Positions 13,201-25,089 of a stretch of DNA of 64,000 nt are shown here, one piece after another. Origin of the DNA: Moniliella sp. 'wahieum' (Eukaryota). Every line of letters starts with the position of its first letter. Within the stretch, counting starts at the first letter, position 1. The stretch is from positions 372,001 to 436,000 of the forward strand of contig RSEE01000021.1 in NCBI GenBank assembly GCA_003971905.1. Reading direction: 5' to 3'. Made by a program: the position numbers and the translations under genes. The notes beneath the pieces were generated by a model that saw only the letters and a program-made list of their open reading frames with translations, searched no databases and was not told the origin of the DNA.

Positions 13201-14780
13201 TTACGACGAACGTGCACCAACGTCAGGTGCGACGGCCGACAGTGGGGCTTGGTACAGCTCGACCGAGGTGTGCTCATGCACCCGGTTGCCCATACGCCGG
13301 TGGAGGTATGCATGATACGACTCGGGCCACGGCCCGGCATTGGCCACCGTGCACCAGCCGCCAGGCACGGCCGGGGGGCGTGTGCCAGCTTGCTGGAGCG
13401 GTGTGGTAGGTTGGGTGCCCGAGGAGGACAAAGCTGGTGCCGAGGCGGTCGTTGCAACAGAAGCGGTCGACTCGAGCGGAGGGCGTCGAGGTGCTGGTCC
13501 AGCACGGCGGCACTTGCTGCCTTCTGCAGCTGAGGTCGGTCAGACGGGGACGGTACACTGTTCCCGCCTGTCTGGCTGTCCCCCGCTGGCGAGCCGCCGA
13601 GCCGGGCCGTCGGCGCATGGTCGGCGCACGTGCACGTTCCCCCCAAGTGAACCGGCAAGTTTTCAGCGGGAATGTATTCGAGCAAGATGGATTTGTAGTC
13701 GCCCGCCTCGAATGTCAATCTTCTCCCGTGTTCCAGCTGGAAGCCATGCCTTGATGTAACCAAACATGGTGGCAAACACCCAAGGAGCATTGATGATCTG
13801 CACGCGACCCGACAGTTCGGGGAAGTTGTTGTCGAGAATACCAAGCAAGGCTTGGAGCTGCGCTTTCATGGCCCAAAACGTGCCGAGCCCCAAGCCCTGG
13901 ATATTGACAATCATCAAGTTGTCCGCGACCGGCCGCACCTGCGTTGATGCGCACGCATACTGGTACCGGATGGCCGATTCGAGCGCGACGGAGAACTTGG
14001 TCACAATGTCAGCTGGGGTCACTTTGTTAAAGATGGCGGTTGTGTTGATACCAGCCAAGTCTTGGATAAACACGGGGCGACCCAGCTTGTCGGTCTTGTG
14101 AAAGTACATTCGCCAACCCAACTCACTCACCGCCCCCTCCTCAGGCCAGGACCAGCCCGAGGCCAACTTGTCCTCCAGCGCAAGTGGTGGCACGCCAGCG
14201 TACGACGCTTGTCCAACGCCGCCTGTGCCGCCGCCCGCTCCGGACCCGACGCTGGCACCACCGGCGGCGCATCGTACTTCCACTGATGGGCGCGCACGTA
14301 CATATCCACCGCCCGCCCCACATTCCACTCCGCGCCCGTAGCCATCGCAGGAGGTGGACACGTTGCTGCACTACCACCGGCTGCGATCCGCCCCGAGCCT
14401 CCACCTCGGGGGCAGGAGGACCCTCATGGGGGGCCCGGGAAGCTGGCCATTCACCAGGCCAGGCAAGGTCGTGGTCACCGCAGCTTGGCGCACCACGGCA
14501 GCGGGCACAACCGGATCATAGGGTGTGGGGAAGGCACGGAGCTGTTTCTTGTCGTACAGCGCCATAACAAACTGGCCAAGAGGGATTCTTGCCGTGGGGT
14601 CAGGTTGCCCACGTGGCCCGAGGGGATGGTGAAGGCTTTGACATGGGGGTCGTTGGCGTACGGGTCAGGGGGGGGAAGAGAGAAGGAGCTAGGTGCCGGC
14701 GAGGACTTGGACGAAGTGGCACTGGATCCAGTTGTCAATGAAGATTTGGGAGACGGAAGAGTAGACAGTAGACAGTCTGA
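13201..14780 (-). CDS. Sec14/CRAL-TRIO lipid transfer protein
   Basis: GHVGNLTPRQE N-terminus; YFHKTDKLGRPVFIQDL; NNFPELSGRVQIINAPWVF; IPAENLPVHLGGTCTC; C-terminal AGPW. Start codon not resolved. Confidence 0.88.
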
Positions 14781-15827
14781 TGGGATGAGAGGGCGTGCGA
14801 GGGGGCGGCGCGGCTGGGGCGAGAGGGAGGAGAGGAGAGATGAATCAAGAAGGCAAAAAGATGAGGGGGAATGAAAGACCCGAGAGGAGAGGCGATGAAG
14901 ATGAAATGAGGTGCGAAGGGGATGGAGAGTGAATAGCGGGACGAGGGCGACTGGGCGAGTGAGCTGCAGGGGTGAGGAGAAGGAGGGAAGGGGAAAAGCA
15001 GAAGGCAGGGGGGATGAAGACAACCAAGAGGGGGTCCTCTCCGTCAAGAGAAGAAAAGCGAACTGCAGCCATGCCGTATCGATTATGGACGGTCGATTAT
15101 CGATCAAGTGTGTGGTGTGACATGTGACATGTGGCATGTCAAACGGAGGATGGGCGGTGTCGATGGTCGATGATCTCTTGCGCGGCCCAGAGCGCCACAG
15201 AGCCCACCCCGAGCGTCCGCGGATCCTCCATCATCGGTTGGTACTCAGTACTCCCGAACGGGACCGAGTCAGTCCAGGTCGGAGCACGGAGTGTCAGTCT
15301 CAGTCTGGGAACTCAGCCTGCCCATGGGAGTCCGAATACAGAGACTCTGTGCTCGGTTGCCCAGCACCGGCAGGCTGTGTGGGGACTGCCCCCGTGGCTG
15401 CGCTGCCTGCGCTCGCACTTCGCATCTGTGTCTGGGCCATCGATGACATGTGACACATGATGCATGACGCGGCTTACACTGCCGCACCGCTGCTGTGCGA
15501 CGAGGGACAGCGTGCTTACGGCATGCGCCTGGTCGTATGAGGACAGAGTTGCGTGGCCATCTGTATTCAATCACCTGAGCCTGTAGCCAGCTGGCTCCTC
15601 CAGACCCACCGTGCTGAATCGTCCCACTATCCCCGCCACAGGCAACCACCCTCCCACCCTCCCACCCCCTGGCCAATCCGCCCTCGCGCATTCGCCCGCC
15701 ATCACTTGATTGCTACGCGGCTAGTCCCTCCTTCCCGCCGTATCACCTCACACCGAGCAGAGTAGCCTACAGCGCCTGGGGTTCATTTCGATAGAGTCAG
15801 GCCAGCGCCGGGCAGCACCGCTCGCGC

Positions 15828-17548
15828 TTACTTGGCCAGGAAGCCCGCCACGTGCTCCTGGACGACCGCCTTGATCTGCGCGTCGAGCTCCTTGGTCATC
15901 GTGCCCTTGGCAATCTCGGCCAGCAGTTCCGGCTTGGTGGTAAGGAACTCACGGAAGTTCTCCTCCCACGCCACAATCTGGTCGACGGGCACCGTGTCGA
16001 GGAGACCGTTGACCAGCGTAAATGATCGGCACCTGGATCTCCACACCGAGAGGGTGGAACAGGCCCTGCTTCAGCAGCTCCGTCAAGCGCGCACCACGCT
16101 CCAGCGTGTAGCGCGTGCCAGCGTCCAAGTCCGAGCCGAACTGGGCAAACGCAGCCAACTCACGGTACTGGGCCAAGTACAGCTTAAGCGAACCGGCAAC
16201 CGCCTTGTACACCTTGGTCTGAGCCGCCGAACCGACACGCGACACGGACAGACCGACGTTGACGGCGGGACGGACACCCTTGTAGAACAGCTCGGCCTCA
16301 AGGAAGATCTGGCCGTCGGTGATGGAAATGACGTTGGTCGGAATGAAAGCCGACACATCACCACCCTGGGTTTCAATGACGGGAAGCGCAGTAAGCGAAC
16401 CGCCGCCAAGCGAGTCGTTCATCTTGGCCGCACGCTCGAGGAGCGAGTGAAGTGTAGAAGACGTCACCGGGGTAAGCCTCACGACCGGGGGGACGACGCA
16501 GCAGCAGCGACATCTGACGGTAAGCCACAGCCTGCTTCGACAGGTCATCGTACACAATCAGCGCATTGCCGTTGTCACGGAACCACTCGCCAATAGCGCA
16601 GCCCGAGAAGGGAGCCAGGTACTGAAGCGGGGCAGCCTCCGAGGCGGTAGCGGCGACGACAATCGAGTACTTCATCGCGTCACGCTGCTCAAGCACCTTG
16701 ACGAATTGAGCAACCGTCGAACGCTTCTGGCCCACAGCAACGTAGACACAGTACAGCTTCTTCTTCTCCTCGTCCCCATCGTTCCACCGCTTCTGGTTGA
16801 GGATGGTGTCGAGCGCAACCGACGTCTTGCCAGTCTGACGGTCACCAATGATCAGCTCACGCTGGCCACGGCCAATGGGCACCATGGCGTCGATGGGCTT
16901 AATACCAGTGGCCATGGGCTCGTTGACCGAGCGACGGGGCAGAATACCAGGGGCCTTGAGCGAAATACGGCGACGGGTCGTGGCGTTGATAGGGCCCTTG
17001 CCGTCAATAGGGGTACCCAGAGCGTCCACCACACGGCCCAGCAGCTCGGGACCGACAGGCACGTCCACAATCTGGCCGGTACGCTTGACCGAGTCGCCCT
17101 CCTTGATGCTACGGTCGTTACCGAAGATGGTCACACCGACATTGTCGGCCTCCAAGTTGAGGCACATGCCACGCACGCCCGACTGGAACTCAACCATCTC
17201 CTCGGCCTGCACGTTCCGCAAGCCGTACACACGGGCAATACCGTCACCAATCGCTGGCGAGGGAGAGCACAATCAAGGTTAGTGGTCGAACATGGGGCCA
17301 TCCGAAGGGCACTCACTCAGCACACGGCCCGTCTCCTGCACATCAAAGCCGCTCTCGGCGCCAGCAATGCGCTGCTCGAGGATCGAGGACACCTCGGAGG
17401 CAGCGGCCTTGGCGGCGTAACCGCGGGCCATGGCAGGCGCCGCCGACAGAACGGCGGTACGGAGGGCGGCGGCCGGGGCGGCGCGCAGGGCAGCGCGGGG
17501 CGCAGCGCGGACAGCAAGACCAGCAAGACCGGCGTGGCGAGCAAGCAT
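15828..17548 (-). CDS. ATP1: Mitochondrial F1 ATP synthase alpha subunit
   Basis: Arg/Ala-rich presequence, [11 protein letters not shown], Walker [31 protein letters not shown]. Intron 17254..17316 (GTGAGT..CAG). Confidence 0.98.
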
Positions 17549-17727
17549 GGTTGTCAGAGCCAGGCTGGTGGGGGGGTGGTTCGTAGCCAAGAAAGCCGTG
17601 GCGGCCAATGACGAGAAGAACGGCGCACGGCCGGGCGGCGGCGCACTGCCCGTCTGCCAGCGATGAGGCCGGCCGCGCGCAGAACTGGCCCCCCGCGGCG
17701 GTGGAGGCGGCCCCGTGCGGGCAGTGC

Positions 17728-17762
17728 GGCAGGTGCTGGCAGGTGCTGGCAGGTGCTGGCAG
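17728..17762. repeat. 10-bp tandem repeat (GGCAGGTGCT) x3.5 upstream of ATP1
   Basis: Read directly: ggc aggtgctggc aggtgctggc aggtgctggc ag. Confidence 0.85.
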
Positions 17763-18174
17763 CCGCCGCCAGCCACTCGCAGCGGCGCAGCACCACACTG
17801 CCCCCCTGCTGCCCCGGCGTGCGCCTTACGTGAGCAGCCTGGCTTAGAAATGGGCCGCAGGCACAGCGACGACGCCAGGGGCAAGCAACCCTACTGTGTG
17901 TCAGCAGCTGCGCCCTCTGTTCGGTGCACTGTCCGGCGCTCGCCCCCAGTAGTGCAGCCTGGTCGTCGCACGTCGCGGGAGGAGACGCTTGCCGGGCTGC
18001 GATCGATCAACAATCTGATCCAGCGCGTCCTGCTGGCAGCCCGTCTGCTTCTGGCATTCTACAATGGCAGCAGACATGTGGGAGGCATCGTAACGCGTAA
18101 ACGCTTTTCTTCTTTTCTTTGTGGGGATGCTGGCTGCCGGGGGAAGCTGAAGCCAGACCAGACCAGATACATAC

Positions 18175-19598
18175 TCAGCCCATCAGATCGCCAACGCATT
18201 CATCTCGGCCCCCCCGATTCGCGCAAGCCCATCTCAAAGTACGAGTAGATCGTTGTCACAGCCATCAGGATGCCTGTGCCCGACCCAAACGCCAATCAGG
18301 TCGGCCGCGACCGAGAGCGCACGATGGTCGCCCCGCCCCAAGCAGCAGCAGTAGGGATGATTTTCTTCAGCTCCTTGTACATCGATCCATCCCGGTGGCC
18401 GGCCATGACCATGCCATTGTCCTTCAACTGCTTGGCCACGTCCGCGGGCCCGAGCCCGACACGTCAATCCACGCCTTGGAGATCAGAGACGCACATGACC
18501 AGGGTAAACGCGACATTGACCAGGGTGTGGATCGGATCCTTGGCCGCCTCAGAGAGAGACGTCGGGGGGGAGAGGTAGTAGGACAGGCCACCAACCGCAT
18601 GGAGTGGGCGAGTCGTCCAGCGGCTCCCATACGCCGAGCAGACGCACCAGCAGATGCGAGAGGGGAAGCGGGAGGCGAGCATTTGCGAAATGATAAACAC
18701 ATTGCTCGGAGAGTGCTGGTAAGCATAATGGGCATGTTGGATGTGTAGAAGAGCTTGACGGGATAGCGACCTGTTGGCCGCGGAAGCGGACCGACTTGAT
18801 CGGAATCTCAACCCGGAAACCTTGGAGGTAAATGACAGCAAGGAAGACAACGAGCGTAGCCAGTAGGTTCATCACATTGGGCAGGCGTTCACGGAAAAAG
18901 GCCTCTTTAGCGCTCGCGTCTTGTCGTTCCAAGTAAAGAGCAGATGCACCAAGGCCACCAAGGCACCTTCAAACTCGGGTCCGCGGCCTGTGTTCACTGT
19001 GGTGGGGCTGAATGCCTTCCAGACAATGCTTCGCAAATGTTGGTGGCAATGAACAGACTGATGCCGGAGCCCAGACCATAGCCTTTGACCAGGAGCTCGT
19101 CCAGCAGGATCACAATCAGTCCAGCCACAACAAGCTGGAGGATGAGTAGGAGCACACGCCCGCCCCAAGCTGCGAGGGGGGGCCATACAGACCCGACAGG
19201 ACATACACCGTAGCCTGACCAAGCGAGATGAGAATGGCGAAGAGTTTCTGGGCACCGCCAAACAGGGCGCGGTCCTCCTTGAGGCTAAAGTCGACTTCGA
19301 TCAGGTTGGCGCCGGCGAGCTGCATGATCATGCCCGAGGTAATAATCGGACTGATGCCCAGTTCCATCAAGGTTCCGCGGTTGGAAGCGAGAATGACACG
19401 CATCCAGTAGAGGGGGTCGGAGCTGTCGGAGGACATGATGCCGTAGAGCGGGATCTGGGACGAAACGAGAAAGATGCCCAGCACAATCGCGGTCCACAGC
19501 ACACGACTTTGGAAGGGGACCTTGCGTTCAGGGGCGGCCACCTCGGGTAGGACACCCATAAAAGGACGCACGAGCGCCAAGAAGCGAAACGAACTCAT
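18175..19598 (-). CDS. SEC61: Protein translocon subunit Sec61 alpha
   Basis: [69 protein letters not shown]. Multiple frameshifts. Confidence 0.97.
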
Positions 19599-20435
19599 CC
19601 TCTCCCCACGTTGAAATCAGAGGCCAGAGGTGGCGGAGATATGGGCAGGTGGTGGTGGTAGTCCAGTGACTAGACTTGTCTTCGCCATCCTCCTCGGGGC
19701 GGCCTTGGGCCCCCCGCGTACCACACCGCACCACGTGGCCGGTTCTGGCATTCCAGCTCCGGCCCAACCCTACTGCAGATGGCACGTGACATGTGACATG
19801 TGACCGCCACGGCACCGTTCTTGCTCTATGGACAGGCGATCAGTGACGATCACCGCTCAGGCCGGAAGAGCGGCAAAGGGGAACAAAAGCTCACGATGAA
19901 GAGGTCTGTTTTTTACCCTCGTGACCTGGTACCGGGGTTACCGGTGGCACCTCACTAACAGCTTTAAGGGCTTTCGCGGAAACGCACCTACAATATATGG
20001 GCCACACACAGTGCCTTGTGTACAGCGATGAGTTTGCAGTGTCTCTAGTAGTGAGAGTGAAGACGTGGGACGAGGAGAGATGATGCAGGGTTGTACGGAA
20101 GGCTATTATATATTCCACGAGAGGAGCCCACATATTATAGGGCGCAACAAGGACAGTGGCGGAGTCGGATAGAAACAGCGTCGAAAGTGATGTGTAATAG
20201 GATCAGGTAGCTACATGCGTGAAGGGGCTGACAAAACAACCAGCTTAACGAAACACGGGATTGGAGGGAGGCGGGATCTACAGGGGAAAAAATAAACACA
20301 GTTGCCAACCACAGAGCTAGTCACCTGCAACTCACAAATGGGCGGTAATCGCGTCGCAGGACCAAGTCTTGCCCCGCTCTTCATCCCACAGACCTTCGCT
20401 GAGAAGCAAGCCATGAACATGCTCATCCGGGTCGG

Positions 20436-21892
20436 TTAGGAGAAACCCGATGGGGAGAAGGCAGCGCGAAGGTGGCTGGTGAGTACTTCAGGGACCTCCA
20501 TGGCAGGAAAGTGGCCCCCCGTCAGCTTGCGCAGCCCAGACCAAATTGCTTCGGGCCTGGATCGAGCCCAGACTGGGTCCCCCCATTTCTCTGGGGAAGC
20601 GACTAAAACCAAGCGGTTGCTTCACATACAGTGCCGATCGTGCTAGCAGCGCAGCACTGTCGGGGTTGAGGCCGAATGGCAAAAAGCTGGTCCCGATGCA
20701 GCCGGTTTGCCAATAGAGCGTCATGGTAGACAAAAACTTGGTCAAACTCAACTGCGAGCGACGAGGATCCGGGACAGTATCGAGTGCGTCAAGGCTCGCT
20801 TGGTCCGTCAACAAGGGTTGGGTGACCGCGCTTGTGTACGACAAAAGGCCCGCAGGAGAGTCCAGCAGGGCATGCATCACCGCGCCGGTCGGTACTTTGG
20901 ATATAGTAATGCGCCCATTTTGCCTGCTTCTTCTAACCACAGAATAGGGGTCAGCAACAAGATTGGTTTTGGTCTGAGAAAGTCGTATGCTCGAGAAGGG
21001 AAACCCCCGTACCTTTTGCTTTACATTAGCCGTTGCCGTCCCTGCGTGCACCTGGAGGCGTGCTTGGCCGACGCGTTCTGGGCATGCTCAGTTCGCCTCC
21101 TGGAAACGAACTGAGATGCACAGCTTTGACCGCGGTGCCAGGCAAATTGGCAAGGACGCAGGCATGCAAGGATCCCCAGTCGGTGCCATGCACGGCATAG
21201 CCCAACCAACTGCTGCTGCTTCCGCCTTGCCCGTACCCAAGTCCATACATGAGTGCGTTGAGGATGCGTGCGTACCCAAACACGTCCCCTACGTAATGCT
21301 TGGTCGAAGGAGGAGGAGTGCTCCACACGAATCCAGGAAGAGAAGGAATGACCACATGGAACGCAGGGTCAGACGGGTCGCCTGCCCTTGCAACAGCAGT
21401 TAGTTATACGTGATCTTAGTAACGAAGCGGAAAGAGAGACGTACGTGGGTTGGTCAACGGTTCAATCAAATCCCAAAATTCAAAGAAGGACGAGGGCCAA
21501 CCATGGAGCAGAAGAAGGGGGATCGCATCCGGTCGGGAGAGCGCCGATGACAAAATGCAACTGTGAGCACCAGTCAATGTCGGCGATGTAGTGTGGGTGC
21601 TGTTGCAAGCGCGCCTGCAAGGCGTCAAAGTCGAACGAATTGGACCAGTAGGCCAACTGGGCCCGCAACTTTGTAGGATCAGGCGCTTGGCGCCGGTGTG
21701 TGGCATATCGCCCGGAAGATGGTTCCACGGTAACGTCCCTTCTGCCCGATCCAGACGAGCAATGACAGGATTGAGCCGCAAGCGCAAGTCATCGACCATG
21801 CGCGAGCTGACCCGAGGTTCAAACGGCTTCAGCTTCCGCACAGCGGGAACAGGCTCTGAGAGTGCGTTTTCAGTAGTCCACTGTTCAGCCAT
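20436..21892 (-). CDS. Microsomal-type epoxide hydrolase (EHN plus alpha/beta hydrolase)
   Basis: [27 protein letters not shown], nucleophile motif GTDWGS, C-terminal [11 protein letters not shown]. Probably contains introns near 21400-21450 and 20920-20990. Confidence 0.9.
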
Positions 21893-22898
21893 GGGTGTGA
21901 GGTGTGGGTGTAGGTGTGGTAGGGGCAATGGAAGGAGGGGTCGCAACCGTCGAGATTGGGTGGGCTGCTCTCCAATAATATGCCCAGCGCCGTTCCAGGG
22001 CGTTTGTCCTTTGCCCCACCCCTGCGCGCAATAAAGCACCCCAGTACAGCAGGCGGCTCGTTCCCTGTTGCTCGTTACGTAAATGCTTGGTACCTGGGTA
22101 GTCAGCGCCAGCCCAACAAAAAGGCCAGAGAGAGGCGTGTGGCCACCCACGCCCACCGCGGCCGCGCAAAATACCTTCCCACGAGGCTGGCCCGCGCCAT
22201 TCCGCGCACGTGGGAACCTTGCGGGAAGCGAGGGTCCCTTGGGCCCAAACTACTTCAAGCATCACCCTCAAGATTCATACTTCGCACGTGATACTGTGAT
22301 GCCATCTCTCACAGCTGTGGACCCATTCATGGCTCTGGCTTCCTCCTGGCCGTACTGAGTGTCGCCAGCGCATCCATAATTTCCTTCGCTTTACGGCTCT
22401 TGACGTTGAGAGGAAAACAAAGGCAACTGTATAACGGGATGGTACGAAAGAAGGAGTACATTTTGATAGGTGTTTTTGATGGTAGGAGTTCCTTTGAGAC
22501 CAAGGATAGAATCAAGGGTTCTAACAAGAAGCGGTCCCACCTGGCAATATTGCGGGACCAGCGCACCTGCATGGGAAGGTGGTGAGAGGCGGATGGGGTA
22601 ACCGAGGGGTAAATCGAAATGGAAGGGATAGGCAGCAGAAGGAATGTGAAAGCAGAGTTGAGAGTTGAGAACGTTGAGATGGTAGGTGTCGATCAAGTCG
22701 GAGCGAAACAGCGTACAGCCGCCATGGTCCGAGCACAATGAAGGGAAACAGTCGAGAAAAAAATCGACGATCGGGACGAATCAAGGAAGGGATTAGGGGC
22801 TCTAGACCCAAGGATCGTTTATATCCGAGCTCGGCTTCACCTCGAGCCCGTGGTGCAGTGTGGGGCATGTGTCCGCATCGGACTTCTCCAACTTGGAC

Positions 22899-24449
22899 TC
22901 ATAGGCAGTCATAACCAAGTCGGGGGCACGACGCAGAAGATTGGCACTGAGGTCCTGAGCTGCCAGCAGAGCCGCCGGCACTTCCTCGGCAGAGGGGGGG
23001 TGACGCCGGTACCGTAGCCAGTAGCCAAGGGCGACTCGGCTGAAGCCGCAGAGGAAGGAAGGGGGCTGTGTCTCCGTTTTCCCCAGCATACTCGTCTGCC
23101 AACGTACCACCTGATGAGGGTGCCGAGCCGGCAGTCGGATCGCGCGATGCGTGTGGGCTGAAGTGGAGAGAGTCAAAGTCCATGGTCATACCCGATTCTT
23201 GGGCAAGAGCAGACCACTCGGCATGCATCTCGCGCGCTTCGGCTTGGAATGCGGCAATAAAGCCAGAGGGCTCGGTGCTAAATTCAACCTCACCAAACGC
23301 GGAGAAGACGGGGGGTGGGTCGCTAAGCGCCGAACTTTCGTGGTATGCCGCAAGCCAGGGGTGCTGAAGTGCGTCTTGGGCCGAAATTCGGTCAAGCGGA
23401 TCCCACCGAAGACATTGGCGGATCAGGTCGACAGCAAGTGGGTCGCTATTAGGGAACTGGCCCTCGAGCGAAGGGGCGGGACGGGGGCCCCAGGACAGAA
23501 CTAGTCGCTGGGCCGACTTGGAAGAAGAGTGGGCGAGCAAGTCTGGGGACGGGCTGCCGATCAAGTTGTAGATCCGCGACAGTTGATCGACATAGTCCGT
23601 GCCGGGGAACAAGGGTTGCCCAAGAAGGAGCTCAGCGAGGATGCATCCAACCGCCCACATGTCCATCTCGGGGCCATAGCCTTCGCGGAACTGAAGCAGG
23701 ATCTCGGGTGAACGGTACCAGCGCGTGGCCACATGGCCTGACAACGGCTCGCCTGGATAGAAGAGGCGAGTGGGTTGGTTACTTGTGCGCACCCGCAGCT
23801 TGCCTGGGTGCCATCCGGGCGGAGGGACGGCGGAAACAGGGACCTTGTCGGGATGGCCCCGAAATTGAGAAGAAAGATGCTGTACGCTGGCGGCGTGCTG
23901 CAGCGTTGGACTCGCCTTGGGCGAAGGGGAGGAGGTGTCGGACCAAGCGCGGGCCAGGCCATAGTCGCAAATGCGCAGCGCGCAGTCAGCATTGACGAGC
24001 AGGTTGCTTGGCTTGAGATCGCGGTGAACAATGTGGGCCGCATGCATGTACCGTACCCCGCGCAACAATTGAACCGTAAAGTATTGCAGATGCGCATTGG
24101 TGAGAGATTGGCGCGAACGGATAATTTGTGACAGGTTAGCTTCCGACGGAGCCATAACCAAATAAATCTCCCCCCACTCGACAAACGTAGCGTCAAAGTC
24201 GAGTAGAACGGTAGAGTTGTCGCACATGCTCAGGTGGCGCAAGATGGCAACTTCACGCAGAGCATGGCGAGCAATGCCGCCATTGGTGAAGATACGGTTC
24301 ATCTTCTTGAGCGCAACCGTCACATCAAGGACCGAGTCGTGGGCAAGAGCGACACATCCGTAGGAGCCAACACCGAGTGCGCGCACAAAAGTATAGCGCT
24401 GGTGTACATGGAAAGGCACGCCAAGGCAGTCGAACGTGTGGTAACCCAT
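22899..24449 (-). CDS. Slt2/Mpk1-like MAP kinase, atypical (no TxY, long activation-loop insertion)
   Basis: Intact 516-aa ORF with GVGSYG, ALKK, HRDLKPSNLLVNADC, DYGLAR, VATRWYRSPE, LFPGTDYVDQL. The true C-terminus may shift frame and end at 22802. Confidence 0.88.
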   Translation of the reverse strand: MGYHTFDCLGVPFHVHQRYTFVRALGVGSYGCVALAHDSVLDVTVALKKMNRIFTNGGIARHALREVAILRHLSMCDNSTVLLDFDATFVEWGEIYLVMAPSEANLSQIIRSRQSLTNAHLQYFTVQLLRGVRYMHAAHIVHRDLKPSNLLVNADCALRICDYGLARAWSDTSSPSPKASPTLQHAASVQHLSSQFRGHPDKVPVSAVPPPGWHPGKLRVRTSNQPTRLFYPGEPLSGHVATRWYRSPEILLQFREGYGPEMDMWAVGCILAELLLGQPLFPGTDYVDQLSRIYNLIGSPSPDLLAHSSSKSAQRLVLSWGPRPAPSLEGQFPNSDPLAVDLIRQCLRWDPLDRISAQDALQHPWLAAYHESSALSDPPPVFSAFGEVEFSTEPSGFIAAFQAEAREMHAEWSALAQESGMTMDFDSLHFSPHASRDPTAGSAPSSGGTLADEYAGENGDTAPFLPLRLQPSRPWLLATVPASPPLCRGSAGGSAGSSGPQCQSSASCPRLGYDCL

Positions 24450-25089
24450 GGCTGTCAGAAGCTCAGGGGAAAATTGGGGGTCGACTGGAGAAGGGTCTGC
24501 AGCGGGCGCTTGTTTTTCGTTGGCACATGGGCTTGAGGTGGTCGGGAGAAAGGGGCAGGATCCGACAAGCCACGCGCATGGCGGGCTGGACGGACAGGGT
24601 TGGCGGGGGGGGCAGGAGACAAGGCGGTAGCGGCAGTAGCAGCGGTGGGAGCCGGAGCTGGACGTTCAGAGGGAAGGCGAGGAAGAGGAGGTGCATCGAC
24701 GGCACAAAAGGGGGCGGCGGTGCGACGGGCACAGGTGGGGGGGTGTGAACGAGGCGGCGAGTACGACGCACACGGCGCTCCCCCGAGGCAAGGGCGGAGT
24801 AGCGGCGGTGAGGAGCGGCGGTGAGAGTGGCATCGCGAGGGATGAGGTGGTGGTGGTGGTGGTCGGGGAAGGGGGCGCGCAAGGTAGAAAAGGAAGAGGT
24901 GAGGATGGGGGATGGAATGTGGTGGAGAGGGGTCGCGGGTGGCCGGCACGTGCGTTTTTTGTGCAGACAGGCAGTGCCGAGTTCGGTTTGGGGGAGCGCA
25001 GTGGTCAACCAGGGCGTGCCAGGACGCAGTGTAGCGGCAGGATGGGTGTGTTGGCTTCCTGGAGGACAACGCATTATGCGCCTATGTAG

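Noticed and set aside
15832..17611. Long + strand ORFs antisense to ATP1 (and similar shadow ORFs over PLC1 and HOG1)
   Set aside because: Expected by-product of high GC3 codon bias on the opposite strand.
15828..19598. Programmed frameshifting or pseudogenisation of ATP1 and SEC61
   Set aside because: Indels are spread over all genes without amino-acid decay, so sequencing error is more parsimonious.
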